Below, one piece after another: positions 48,909 through 61,560 of a stretch of DNA of 64,000 bases. Both the position numbers and the translations under genes were made by a program. The DNA lies in the NCBI GenBank assembly GCA_038087875.1, contig JAXLNO010006061.1, positions 1-64,000 of the forward strand. Reading direction: 5' to 3'. Below the pieces are notes generated by a model, which was not told where the DNA came from, ran no database searches, and worked only from the letters and a program-made list of their open reading frames with translations. Source of the stretch: Malacoraja senta. Taxonomy: Eukaryota. Every line of letters begins with the position of its first letter. Within the stretch, counting starts at the first letter, position 1.

Positions 48909-51900
48909 TTCCCCCCATTCTTTTTGAATGGGGGGGATCAGCACAGGATGAATGGGGGGGATCAGTACAGGATGAATGGGGGGGTCAGAGCAGTGTGGAT
49001 CGGAGGGTCTATGCAGGATGAATGGGAGATCACTACAGGATGAATGAGGGGATCAGTACAGGATGAATGGTGATCAGTAAAAGATGAATGCGGAGATCAC
49101 TACAGGATGGATGGGGGGCTTGGTGCAGGGTAAATGGAGGGTGGGTCTGTACGGGATGAATGGGAGGATCAGTGCAGTATGAATGGGGGGGGGGAGAAGT
49201 GCAGGATGGATGGGAAGGGGGATCAGTACAGGATGAATTGGGGGACAAGTGTAGGATGGATGCGGGGGGGGGGGTGGCAGAAGAATCAATGCGAGGTGGG
49301 TAGGGTGATGAATAGATTGGGGGGGGTAGATGGGGAGGGGGGCACAGAGGATGTCAGTGAGGACTGAATAGAGGAGGGAATGGGGATCAGTGCGGGATGG
49401 AGAGGAGGGGTCCCAGGATAAGAGCGGTGGAGGGGGGCGTACAAGAGAGAGAGAGAGAAAGAGGGGGGGGGGGAAGGGGCAGAGGAGGTGGGGAGGAAGA
49501 AAGGTAAGCGCTCCTCGGACATCGCCCCGCTGCCTTGGCCGTCCCTGTCCAACACCAAAGTGCCGTCGCCGCCTCCTCGCCACCGCCTCCCCTCCTCCGC
49601 CAGCCGACAGGAAGGTGCGGGGCCGAGCGGTGCAGCTCAAAGATCCTATAGCTGTAGGATCTTTGTTGCAGCTGCTTCAGACGGCGGAAGGAGGCCTCCC
49701 TCTCCCTCCCTCCTCCCGGCCTCGGCGTGCGAGTGGGGTTGGTTTGAAAGTGTCGTTAGCGGAGTTGCAAGCAGCGACCGTTATCAGGGCGATAGGAGCC
49801 ACTGATGGCAAATCCGCAAAAGACGCTTTCAAAACAACCCCCTCTCGCACGCCGAGGAGGGGGGGGAAAGAGGGAGGCCTCCTTCCGCCGGGCGGGAGGC
49901 GGTGGAGCTGCTGTCGCGGCCGCTGTTGCCGCTGTTCGGGGCCCGTCATTCGCCCCGACCCTTCGTCACCAGGCACCTAGTATCTTTGACCCGCAATCAA
50001 AGATACTAGAGGAATACAGCCGCCGACCCGAAACGTCAGTTCCTATTCGCTGGAGATGCTGCATGAGTTACTCCAGTTTTTTGCGTCTACTGGTATAAAC
50101 CAGTATTTGGGTGCCAAGCCGGGCAAAATGAGTCGCCGTTTAGGTTGCCCGTGGGCACTTTCTGTGGTCAATGGGGCCCAGGCAACCGCTAATTTCCAGC
50201 CCTGCTGCATCTGCCACGCATCTGCCCACTCACTCAACCTGTCCAGGTCACCCTGCAACCTCCTAACATCCTCTTCACAGTTCACACTGCCACCCAGCTT
50301 TGTGTCATCCGCAAACTTGCTAGTGTTGCTCCTAATTCCCTCTTCCAAATCATTAATTTATATGGTAAACAGTTGCGTCCCCAACTCCACTCGCCACTGC
50401 ATCCCATTCTGAAAAGGACCTGTTCACTCCTACTCTTTGCTTCCGGTCTGCCAACCAATTTTCTATCCATGTCAACACCCTACCTCTAATACCGTGCTCT
50501 AATTTTAGTCACCAGTCTCCCGTGCGGGACCTTATCAAAGGTTTTCTGAAAGTCTAGATACACTACATCCACTGGCACCCCTTCATCCATTTTACTTGTC
50601 ACATCCTCAAAAAATTCCAGAAGATTAGTCAAGCATGATTTCCCTTTCATAAATCCATGTTGACTTGGACTAATCCTTTTACTGCTATCCAAATGCCCCA
50701 TTATTACCTCTTTAATAATTGACTCCAGCATCTTTCCCACCTAACTGGTCTGTAATTCTAACTGGGAGGCCTCCCTCTCCCTCCCTCCTCCCGGCTAACT
50801 GGTCTGTAATTCCCCATTTTTTCTCTCGCTCCTTTATTGAAAAGTGGGATAACATTAGCTGTCCTCCAATCCACAGCAACTGATCCTGAATCTATTCAAC
50901 ATTGGAAAATGATCACCAATGCATCCACTATTTCTAGAGCCACCTCCCTGAGAACCCTGGGATGCAGACCATCAGGCCCAGGGGATTTATCATCCTTCAG
51001 TCCCATTAGCCAACCCAATACTATTTCTCGCCTAATGAACATTTATTTCAGTTCCTCTACCCCCTTAGATCCTCTGTCCTCCAGTCTGCTTTTCAGCAAA
51101 ATGATTCAGCTTTGCTATTCTGACTACATTCTTGGCCATTGTCCACACCATGCTTCCCAGTATGCGAGTTCCTACTTATCTTACTTAACATTTTCAAAAT
51201 TCCCTACAACACCTACCAACAATGCTAAATTTCATCTGAAGGCCTCCCTCTCCCCCTCTACCCCTCCCTCTCTCCCCCTCCCTCTCAATTAAACACAGTT
51301 AAACCCGTCTCACGGTGCGAGCTGACCCACGAGGTACCCCGAGCTTAAAACAAATTTAACTCGTGGTAATCACTTACAATTAACGTAGTGGGAACGTCGG
51401 AACTCGTGGACGCAACATAGCGACTCGTGGCGCTAACGGCAGGTACCCGTGAAACTTGTTAACTGTTGAAAAAGTTCAAACATGTTTAAAGTTTTCCACG
51501 AGTAAAATTTACTCTTGAGGTTAAAAATTGAAACATTTGTAAGAACTTGGTGGCCCTTGAGTTAAACTTAGTGACTCTTGAGTCTACCGTGTTGGATTAA
51601 CGTTTCGAGTGCGATCTTTCATCAGAGCTCCGTTTAATTAATAAATCCAGCCACGGTATTTTGACATCAGTCTAGATACACTACATCCACTTTTGCCTCT
51701 AGCTGTGTGCGCTATTTTGCCGCCTTTGAAGGGGGGGGCGGGGTTAAAACGCGGGTTTCTCCTACCTTGTCCTGAATTATATTTCGTTGGAGTGCCAGCT
51801 TTAGCTGAAGAATCGTTCCGATGGGCGTTATGTGTATTTTGTTTTAAAAATCTCCCGACAAGTTCAGCGCTGGAGTAATTTTAAAATCAGCTTCTGAAGC

Positions 51901-52401
51901 CGTCAACGCCGACAACGGGGACGGATTTCACGCACGGGACAGGTAAACGAAAGCAGTTTATTTTATGTATAAAGGTGCTCCTTAAGAGGCCTTTAATTCA
52001 CATTTTAATTTGCAAAAAGGTGATTCTTTTCCCCGAACTAATGGCAGTATTTTTCATGCCGATACGGGGTTAAATTCACCGCAAATCAACGTTCCAAATG
52101 ATCGCGTTCCAGAAAAACCCACTCGCAAGATGATTTAAATGCCCATTAATTTACAGGTATTAAACATTACAGGTATTCGTTCCATTTGGCCTATAAATCC
52201 ATGACAATGAGATTTAAAAATGATGTTATATTGTGAATTCTTGTGTGAATGTTATTTGGACACTTAGGCTATTTAAAAATGTTAATCTATTCTTAAGAAA
52301 TTGATAAGATGTTTAGATCTAGTAATTGAATTTTGTGATTAGCTACAATTAGGTACTAACTAATTATATGCTTTAATTTCATGTCATCTAAGTAAGATTG
52401 T

Positions 52402-54137
52402 CCGCAAATTCCACCACCATGTGCAGTGCCCTACCAGGGGCTCAAACACGTTGGATAAAGTGTACACCAACATCAAGGACGCATACAGAGCTCTCCCCCG
52501 CCCATCCCTGGGACAATCCAATCACCTCTCACTGTTTATACTGCCTGCATACAAACCCCTCATCCGCAAGACCAAACCTGCAATAAGGACGGTCAAAATA
52601 TGGCCCGAGGACGCCACCCTACAACTCCAGGACTGCTTTGATCGCACCAACTGGGACCTGTTTGCACAACAGGCTACCAGTGGTACAGAGGTAGACTTGG
52701 AGGAGTACACTTCCACTGTGCTCTCCTACATCAATTGCTGTGCGGAGACTGTCACAGTGGACAAGCAAATAAAGATGTTCCCAAACCGGAAACCCTGGAT
52801 GAACAAGGAGGTTCAGGATATGCTAAAGGCACGCAACAATACCTTTAAATCCAGGGACACTTCTGCTTACAGTGCGGCCAGGTCGAACCTGAACAGAGGC
52901 ACAAAAAAGGCCAAAGACATCCACAGGCAAAGGGTAGAAGACCACTTCAACACCGCGGACACCAGAAGCATGTGGCAGGGTGTCAGGGACATCACCGACT
53001 ACAAGAGCAGCCCCGCCTGCCCCCACGGTGATATCACACTGGCCAACGAACTAAACACCTTCTTTGCCCGGTTCGAAACTGGCAACACCACCAGGAGTGG
53101 AATAACCCCGGCCATGGCGGAGGGACAGGCCTTAACACTGAGCACCCAGGAGGTACAGTGCGCTCTGCGTAGGATTAATCCATGCAAGGCTGCAGGCCCG
53201 GATGGAGTCCAGGGAAGGGTACTAAAGGACTGTGCTGTACAGCTGGCGGAGGTATTCACGAGAATCTTCAATCTGTCTCTATCTCTGGCAACGGTCCCCA
53301 AGTGCCTGAAAACAGCCACCATAGTGCCGGTGCTGAAAAAGTCCAAAGTCACCAACCTGAACGACTACCGCCCGGTTGCCCTAACTCCAACCCCAATGAA
53401 GTGCTTCGAAAGGCTGGTCCTCTCCCATATCAAATCCAGCATCCCTGCCTCACTGGACTCCCATCAATTTGCATACAGGGGATGCCATCTCTCTGGCTCT
53501 TCACACTGTCCTGACTCACCTGGACAGACAGGGCACGTATGTGAGGAAGCTCTTCATTGACTATAGCTCTGCATTCAATACGGTCATCAATACCCAAGCT
53601 CACCACCAAACTCGATATGCGATTGGATCTTGAACTTTCTGACCGAGCGACCGCAGGCAGTGAGACTGGGCCCGCACCTGTCCTCCACTATCACCCTGAG
53701 CACCACAGGGCTGTGTACTAAGCCCCATGCTCTACTCCCTCTTCACTCACGACTGTGTCCCTGCATTCGACAACAACACCATCGTGAAGTTTGCAGACGA
53801 CACCAACGGTGATCACCAACAGTGATGAAACAAAATACAGAGCGGAGGTGCAGAACCTGGCGGACTGGTGCGCTCATAACAACTTGTCACTAAACACCTC
53901 CAAGACCAAGGAGCTGATTATTGACTTCAGGAGGTCCCATAATGGAGAATACGCCCCAATCTCCATTTACGGGGAAAGTGTGGAGAGAGTGTCCAGCTTT
54001 AAGTTTCTGGGCACTCACATTTCAGAGGACCTCACATGGTTTATTTATTTTACTTTTCTTGTACATCGGTGGAGCTGCATACTAAATCTCGTTGCACTGA
54101 CGTGCAATGACAATAAAAGATATTATTATTATTATTA
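52402..54137 (+). mobile_element. Rex1/Babar LINE, decayed
   Basis: ORF 52421..53560 (TLDKVYTN, KAAGPDGV, YRPVALT, QFAYR), FADD at ~53790, (TAT)n tail. Confidence 0.88.
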
Positions 54138-55184
54138 TATTTGTTTCAGAATGCTTCAATCTATAATAACTGAACATTTCTTTCAGTTCTCTTAATTTTT
54201 AAGAAAGTTATGGGCTTTTGACTGTCCTCGATCACAGCTTTTGTGTTAAGTCAATGGAAAAGCAATAGGGAACAAGATGCTAATTTCCGAGTATGAAAAT
54301 GGCCATAGCTTTTTTAATACTGAAGATATGAAAGTGAATTAGGTGTCAAATTAAACGTCTTTTTATGCTTTATCTGACGGGATAAATTACAGACTTGATT
54401 TTTTAAATCTCAAAATGTTGTAACATTGCTACTCATCGAGTCAGTCATACAACACGGAAACAGCTTATTTGGTCCAATTTCTCCATGCCGAACATGGCGC
54501 CCCACATGCCAGCGTATGGCCCATATCCTTCCAAACCGATGCTATCCATCTGATAAGATAGTATGCAAAACAAAGCTTTTACACGTGACAATAATGAAAT
54601 AATTTATTTGAATCGTTGCTGTGTTTTATTGCTAACCTAAATTTAGCAAGCAATTTTAAGCCGTTCCCTGGCAATATAACTACATTTCACTTGCTATTTT
54701 AATTATTTCTGAACAAAATTCTACAGCAAGTGACATTTATAAAATATTTACAATATATTTACTACTCTACATATAGTAGAGTACACTTCTTTTTTTTGAT
54801 AAATATATGTAGAGTAGTAAATATATTTTCTGCCAGCAGATGTTAAAAAGTGACATAATCCTGCATATTTCCTTTGGTTGTTTTTTTTACCAATAGTTTA
54901 ATACATTAGACCACAGTTAAAAAAATAAATAGTTAAAGACTATAAACTGTAGACAAAGGAACAATATTTTGAGAGTTTGCTATATTTGTAGAATCGAGCT
55001 TTGCAATGTACTTTCTCGTGAATTAACGTGGTGCTTTCTTATTTTGATTGAAAAGCAAGAATCCAGTCACTGATTATAGGGTGCAGGTAATATTAAACTG
55101 CGCACCCCCTGTTTCTGCAACGGATATTGCAAAAGTTCTGCTTCGCCTGGAAAACTCGTTATCAATTCATAGGATATCATATTG

Positions 55185-55560
55185 AATTGAATTGAATTGA
55201 ATTAGACTTTATTAATCCCCTTATTCAGGGGAAATTCAGATGTCCTTGCAGCACACTAATAAAATACAACACAGTATTAAAAATAAGTTCAACACCAAAA
55301 CATCCCTCCACAGTGGGAACCACTGTGGGGGAAGGCACAAAGTCCAGTCCCCATCCTCTTGTCCACCCAGAGTCGGGCCCACTGAGGCCTCCACAGTCGC
55401 CGCCACAGCGCCCGATGTTCTCATCGGGTGATGGTGCTCCGGCGTCGGGAGAACCCCCAGCGGCTTGGGGTTCCAGGAACGACCACCTTCCCACCGAAGA
55501 CCGCGGCTTCCAAGCCAACAGACCGCGCCGGACGGAGCTCCACACACTATGAAGAAGAAA
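55185..55560 (-). mobile_element. LINE 3'-end fragment with (TTCAA)n tail
   Basis: (attga)n tail on the + strand and stem-loop ccacagtgg-gaa-ccactgtgg. Confidence 0.55.
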
Positions 55561-56571
55561 CTAGATCAGCCGTGATCTACCTGGACGGCGGAGAAGACCC
55601 AAGGATTGCTTACTCCAGCTTAAATTTATTACGTCCTTATTAACGGTCAGTATTTGAAAGGTTATCCTTTAAATGAAATAGTTATTGCCATTCCTAAAGG
55701 CTTTTGCAAAAACTTAAACCGTGGTTTATTATTAAGATACTTGAGAATGTTGTTTCATTAACAAATGCTCCTGCAGTTACTGAGATCAATTTAAAAACAC
55801 AACAGTGCCTTCAGTGGATTTTTTTTTATTTTTTAACTTTATTCATAAAAAGATGTACAGGATATGCAATACACCAATGCCATGTGTAATTTCAAAAATA
55901 ATGTTTCTCCTGAATAAAAATATGTATAAAACAAAAACCGTGTGAAATCTTTTCATAGATTCTCAGTGGTTAATGCCTTTGATATTTTTCTAAAATAAAC
56001 TTTACTCAGAATAAGAAATGTGCATAAAACAAAAACAGTGCAATGCATTATCAGTGTCTATACATTCAATAGTGTCATACTTAGGAGTGTTTCCATCTAT
56101 ATTTAAACAAAACTCTCTTGTCGCTATGTGCCCCTTAGGGTGATATCCCTACCCTTGTCTGACGGGTGTCCCCATTTCAATATCCTGCAGCGGAAGGGCC
56201 ATAGACTGTGGTCCAAATGAACTGCACGTAAATGCAATGCAGATACAAATATTCTGTGTCTGTGTCTGCCATTTCCGTCTTTATGGCTTTCATGTCACGA
56301 TTGCCAGTTCAATGAGTAATTCGGCTTAATTCAGATTTTATATGCGGATGCGAATAGTTTAATTATAAAGTTTAAATTCTATTAAATATGTTACAGGGAA
56401 AAACGTCCAGCAATGAAGAGACATCCCTGTATTTAAATAGCGCCCATCACAAACTCAGGAGGTTCCAACGTCTATTACAGTAAAGGAAGTACAGTGAACG
56501 TACTTCGATAAACATAATGTTGAGCATGAATATTGTTTTGTTTAAAAATGGTGATAACAAGGCTTGTAAAT

Positions 56572-56671
56572 ATGCAAAGGCAAACAAAAAACGCTGGAGA
56601 AACTCAGCGGGTGAGGCAGCACCTACGGAGAGAAAAGATATGCGACGTTTCGGGTCGAAACCCTTCTTCAG
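56572..56671 (-). mobile_element. Hammerhead-motif short repeat, GUC-type core
   Basis: Minus strand: CTGAAGAaGGGtttcgaCCCGAAACGTC. Confidence 0.7.
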
Positions 56672-56919
56672 TAACACTGTTGCTTATTAAAACAGACCTT
56701 CATTCACGTTTGGCTCAAGAGTAACTCGGGAGAGGAATTTGGTAACTCGGGACACGAACTTGGAACATCGCAAAAATGACAAGTTAACGGGAAACGTAGT
56801 CATACCCGTGGGAACTCGGTTAAATTCTTGATCATACACTTGGAATCTCGTACACAACCACGAGTCTTTCACTCGGGGTACCTCGTGGGTCAACTCGCAC
56901 CGTGAGACAGGGCCATTAC

Positions 56920-58395
56920 ACTATGGGCCACCTCCCTGAACCAGGCCATTGTTCCATCATGTTTCAAGACAGCCACCATCATACCAGTTCCCAAAAAGTC
57001 TACAATAACCTGCCTGAATGATTACCGCCCCGTAGCACTCACACCAATAATAATGAAGTGCTTTGAGAGGCTTATTAAGCAGCACATGGTCTCTAAACTA
57101 CCCCCCAGTTTTGACCCATTCCAGTTTGCTTATCGCCCGAACCGCTCCACAGAGGATGCTATCTCCTCTGCAGTCCACCTGAGCCTACAACACCTGGAGG
57201 TGAAGAACACCAACGTGCGGATGCTGTTTGTTGACTTCAGCTCAGCATTCAATACGATAATCCCCCAGCATCTGGTGAGCAAACTGGCACCCCTAGGATT
57301 CAATACCACACTATGCAACTAGATCCTGGATTTCCTTTCTGAAAGACCCCAGTCTGTGCGGGTGGGAAAGAACACCTCCTCGGTCATCACACTGAGCACC
57401 GGCTCCCCTCAGGGCTGTGTCCTGAGTCCGCTGCTCTTCACATTGATGACACATGACTGTGTCGCCAAGTCCACTACTAACCATATCATCAAATACGCTA
57501 TTGACACAACAGTAGTGGGCCTCATCCGCAACAACGACAACCAGGCATACAGAGAGGAGGTGGAGCAGCTGGTGCAGCAGGAACAACCTTCTCCTAAATG
57601 TGGACAAAACCAAGGAGATTGACGTCGATTTCAGAAAGAAAAATCAGCCCAGTCACACTCCGCTGTGCATTAACAACTTAGCAGTGGAGCAGGTGAAAAG
57701 CATCAAGTTCCTGGGTGTGCATATAACGGATACCTTAACTTGGGCTACTAACATCACATCTCTGGTAAAACGGGCACAGCAGCGTTTGTACTTCCTCCGC
57801 AGGATGAGAAGATCACACCTCCACCCTCCCATCCTCACCACATTCTACAGAAGCACCATTGAATCAGTCATGACCAGCTGCATCTCTGTGTGGTGCGGCG
57901 GCTGTACAGCTGCGGACTGGAAGTGCCTTCAGGGAGTGGTGAGGACAGCGGAAAAAATCATTGGGACTTCTCTTCCCTCCATCATGGACATTGGTTACAA
58001 ACGCTGTCTGTCAAGAGCTAAGGGCATTACCAGAGCCCCCACACACCCACAATATGGACTGTTTACACTGCTGAACTCTGGGAGGAGGTACTGCAGCATG
58101 AAGGGCCGGTCAACCAGGTTCTGCAACAGTTTCATCCCCCAGGCCATAAGATTATTGAACTCACAATCAAACCGATGCAAAAAACTGTCTTATACATTGC
58201 CACTTTTTAAAAACGTTCCTTTTTTAACTATGCACATAAAGCACTTTTTATGGACACACTAAGCATTTTTACTGATCGCCTGATATAAATGGTATATTCT
58301 GCTGCTACTTGGAAGAGTCAATGCAACGAAATTTCGTTCAATGTGCACTGTGTCTATGTGTATATTTGAATGACAATTAAAGTATTATTATTATT
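56920..58395 (+). mobile_element. Rex1/Babar LINE, 5'-truncated
   Basis: ORFs 57053..57322, 57356..57622 and 57600..58262 ([20 protein letters not shown]); (ATT)n tail. Confidence 0.88.
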
Positions 58396-58499
58396 ATTAT
58401 ATTGCATAAGTAGACATTCTTTTTTCCTCAATATCTGTTGTACTAATATCTTGTTTTATCCATACTTGTGCATGTCAATAAACTCAATTTGAATCCAAC

Positions 58500-58720
58500 C
58501 ATGATCCCCTCTCCCCTCCACTCCTTCCCCAGTCCCTCTCTCCTTCTCTCCCCTACCCCTCACCTCTTCCTCCCCTCCACTCCTTCCCCATTCCCTCTCC
58601 TTCTCTCCCCTACCCCTACCCCTCCCCCTCACCTCCCCCTAACCCTCACCTCCCTCTCTCCCTCACCTCCCCCTCCACTGCTCCCCTCGCCACTCGTCTC
58701 TCCCCCTCTGTCTCCACCAG
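58500..58720 (+). repeat. CT-rich low-complexity tract
   Basis: Almost pure pyrimidine; the proline-rich ORF here is a by-product. Confidence 0.8.
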
Positions 58721-59021
58721 GGCCTTTCTTGTTTTCACCTCGAGTTCCTCCACACGACGAGCCAGGCGGCCGATCTTGGTGCCGATGTCGTCCTTCTGCA
58801 GTCTCCCCGACGACGACATCTTCCCGCTTCCACTGTAGATGGCCGCTGTGCCGCAAAGCGCGCCGGGAAATGTAGTCGTTCCCGCCCAAAGTTACTAGAG
58901 GAGCAAGATGGACCAATCGTCTGACGTAGTGACGTTGTCACGTCACGGCCGCCTTTTGCTGATGCCAAACGCGACTTGTGGTAATGTTGACCTCCCTCCC
59001 TCCCGCTCTCCCTCCCCCCCT

Positions 59022-59283
59022 CCATTTAGAACGGAGACAAGGAAACACTTTTTCACAGAGTGTTGTGAGTCTGTGGACTTCTCTGCCTCAGAGGGCGGTC
59101 GAGGCTGGTTCTCTGGACACTTTCAAGAGAGAGCTAGACAGGGCTCTTAAAGATAGCGGAGTCAGGGGATATGGGGAGAAGGCAGGAACAGGGTACTGAT
59201 TGGGGATGATCAGCCATGATCACATTGAATGGCGGTGCTGGATCGAAGGGCCATATGGCCTACTCCTGCACCTATTGTCTATT
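59022..59283 (+). mobile_element. CR1 3' fragment
   Basis: FFTE..LWTSLPQRAVEAGSLDTFKRELD plus 3' stem-loop tail. Confidence 0.85.
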
Positions 59284-59284
59284 G

Positions 59285-59570
59285 TGTATTTGGGTGTGGT
59301 CCACACACATTTAAAGAGCTGGTTCTTGCCACAGATTTGCCCATTAACTTCATTTATCCTTATCTCAGCAAGGATACCATCCAGATGCTCTGTTGACACT
59401 TCTGCTTGCCTTGTGTGAGCGGCAAACTTGGTCGTGTGGCTTTCTATCCGACATCTCAACTATCAATAAATATAGTGAATAGCTTCAGCCCTGAACACGT
59501 TGCCACAGGCAAAGCTCATCACTGGCCCTTCCTTCTGTAACTTTCCACTTTCTGAATGAGTTTATCAAAT
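59285..59570 (-). pseudogene. Weak candidate decayed Ig C exon
   Basis: One frame reads ..VMSFAC-x13-TGA..EIRI..TGT-GKNQLFKCV. Cys-Trp and Trp-Cys spacings fit a C1 domain if TGA and TGT derive from TGG. Confidence 0.25.
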
Positions 59571-59656
59571 GCATTCACAAAGATGATCAAAACTCTTTTC
59601 CCTGTTCATTAGCTTTGAATATTTTAAAGACCAGAAAGGTTCATCACGAATGTGTG

Positions 59657-59770
59657 GGAAGGAACTGCAGATGTTGGTTTACACCAAAGATAGACACAAA
59701 ACTCTGTAGGACATGCAGCATCTCTGGATAGAAGGAATGGGTGACATTTCGGGTCGAGACCCTCCTTCAG
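59657..59770 (-). mobile_element. Hammerhead-motif short repeat, diverged
   Basis: ggaaggaactgcagatg...gacatttcgggtcgagaccctccttcag. Confidence 0.6.
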
Positions 59771-60082
59771 AATGTTCTATTCTTTGGACGGAGGAGACTA
59801 ATACATGTATATTTACATAATCTGTAGAAAGACAATGTGCAATCTTAGATCCAGGTCACCTGTTCCCCACCAACTTGGCAACACCTCCCAAAACGCACCA
59901 ACAGGGAACACCAACACCAACACTACATGTATATTCTTTATTGAACATTGATAGGTTACATTGACACAAACACACATGTAGCCTCTTGTGGGGTCTCTGC
60001 AGGTTTCATGCAGGATCAGACCTGACACAAAGATGTTATCATAGTAACTGCAAGTTCTCTGAAACTTTGGTAATTGATATTT

Positions 60083-60562
60083 CAAGAGTCAAGAGAGTTT
60101 TATTGTCATGTGTCCCAGATAGGACAATGAAATTCTTGCTTGCTGCAGCACAACAGAATATGTAAACATAATACAGAACAGGAGATAAAAGTTCAGTGTG
60201 TCTATAGACCATATATATATGCATATATATACACAATAAATAAACAGATAAAGTGCAATAGGCTGTTATTGTTCAGAGTTTGTTTGATGGCTGTGGGGAA
60301 GTAGCTGTTCCTGAACCTCGATGTTCCAGATTTCAAGCTCCTGTATCTTCTTCCTGATGGCAACGGAGAGATGAGTGAGTGGCCAGGATGGTGTGGATCT
60401 TTGATGATGCTGGCAGCCTTTTTGAGGTAGCGACTGCGATAGATCCCTTCGATGGTAGGGAGGTCAGAGTCGATGATGGACTGGGCAGTGGTCACAACTT
60501 TCTGCATTCTTTTCCGCTCCTGGACGTTCAAGTTGCCGAACCAAGCCATGATGCAACCAGTT
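60083..60562 (-). mobile_element. Rex1-type LINE 3' fragment
   Basis: ORF 60202..60678 TGCIMAWFGN...HPGHSLISPLPSGRRYRS; (cttga)n tail. Confidence 0.85.
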
Positions 60563-60859
60563 ATGTTTAACCAAAAAATGATGTTTGATATGAATTTGGT
60601 CTGGAATCCATTTTCATTCTCAGTTGACGTTCTCTCTCTGGCTGAGTAATGTGAACCCTGGAACACCAGTCTGCACAAGACACTGCATCTCAGTGACTTT
60701 CTGGAGAGACATTCCCTTTCCTCAAGAGTAGCAACTGCTCAACTAACCACAGCCTGGTCTTGTTACTATCGGCACAATATCACAAGAGGAGATAACCACA
60801 TTTGACAGAGTGCAGGAGATGGTTAGACACACGTATGTACAACCAGGCTCCTTCACCCA

Positions 60860-61510
60860 GAGTAGTGCAATCAAGAACCAGGGCATGGGTTTAAAGTGAG
60901 GGGGGACAGATTTAATGGGAATCTGAGGGGCAACCTTTTCACACAGAGGGCACTGGGTACATGGAATGTGCTGCAGGAGGAGGTAGTTGACGCAGAAACT
61001 ATGACAATGTTTTAAAGTTATTTGGACACGTACATGGATAGGACGAATAGTGAAAGGCCTGGACTGAGCGGATGTAAAGAGGATGATTCCACTGGTGGGA
61101 GAGTCGAGGACCATAGCCTCAGAATTAAAGGAGGTTCCTCTGGGAAGATGAGGAGGAATTTGTTTTGTCACAGGGTAGTGAATCTGAGGAAGTCATTGCC
61201 ACAGAAGGCTGTGGAGGCCCACTCAATGGGTATTTTTAAAACAGAGATAGATTGATTCTTGATTAGTGTTGGTGTCAAGGGGAGAAGGCAAGAGAATGGG
61301 GTTAGGAAGGCGAGATAGATCAGCCATGATTGAATGGCAGAGTAGACTTGATGGGCTGAATGGCCTAATTCTGCTCCTATCACATGAACATGAGATGATC
61401 AGTGATTTAGGCCAAACACGGGGAGACGGGACTAGTGTAGATCGGGCACTTGGTTGGCAAAGGCAAGCTGAGCCGAAGGGCCTGTTACCGTCCTGTATAA
61501 ATCTATGACT
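60860..61510 (+). mobile_element. Cluster of diverged CR1 3'-end fragments
   Basis: Three successive CR1 3' UTR-like pieces (cttttcacacagag, gtggtgaatctg, gaagggcctgtt tails). Confidence 0.65.
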
Positions 61511-61560
61511 CCATGATCACTCCAGTGCCAACACGCTTGTACCCAGCTCCATCCACTCAA

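Larger units (their letters stand above)
47334..50204. mobile_element. hAT-like MITE copy 3 (independent insertion)
   Basis: CAGGGCTC...CAGCCCTG termini, perfect 5-bp TSD ctgca (47329-47333 and 50205-50209). Internal homology to copies 1 and 2 but a different target. Confidence 0.82.
46492..51085 (-). mobile_element. CR1 LINE fragment split by hAT-like MITE copy 3
   Basis: (catagaaa)n tail at 46492, RT ORFs 46895..47194 and 50486..50740. The sequence reads through across 47333/50205. Confidence 0.85.
51303..56915. repeat. ~40-bp inverted repeats bracketing 5.6 kb; possible PIF/Harbinger-like ends
   Basis: ccgtctcacggtgcgagctgacccacgaggtaccccgag (51305) vs ctcggggtacctcgtgggtcaactcgcaccgtgagacag (56874). 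No clear TSD. Confidence 0.5.

Noticed and set aside
49074-50098. Several overlapping 90-196 aa GC-rich ORFs as a hAT transposase
   Set aside because: No transposase motifs; they are ORFs expected by chance in GC-rich, stop-poor MITE interior.
55305-55330. RSS-like CACAGTG
   Set aside because: Part of a LINE 3' stem-loop; no nonamer.
58468-58875. Proline-rich 135-aa ORF
   Set aside because: Translation of a CT-rich simple repeat.
59813-60085. Cys-containing hydrophobic ORF with a minus-strand AATAAA, as an Ig tail or TM exon
   Set aside because: Splice phase does not fit a phase-1 donor, and it lacks the Ig TM (CART) or VNVS tail motif.
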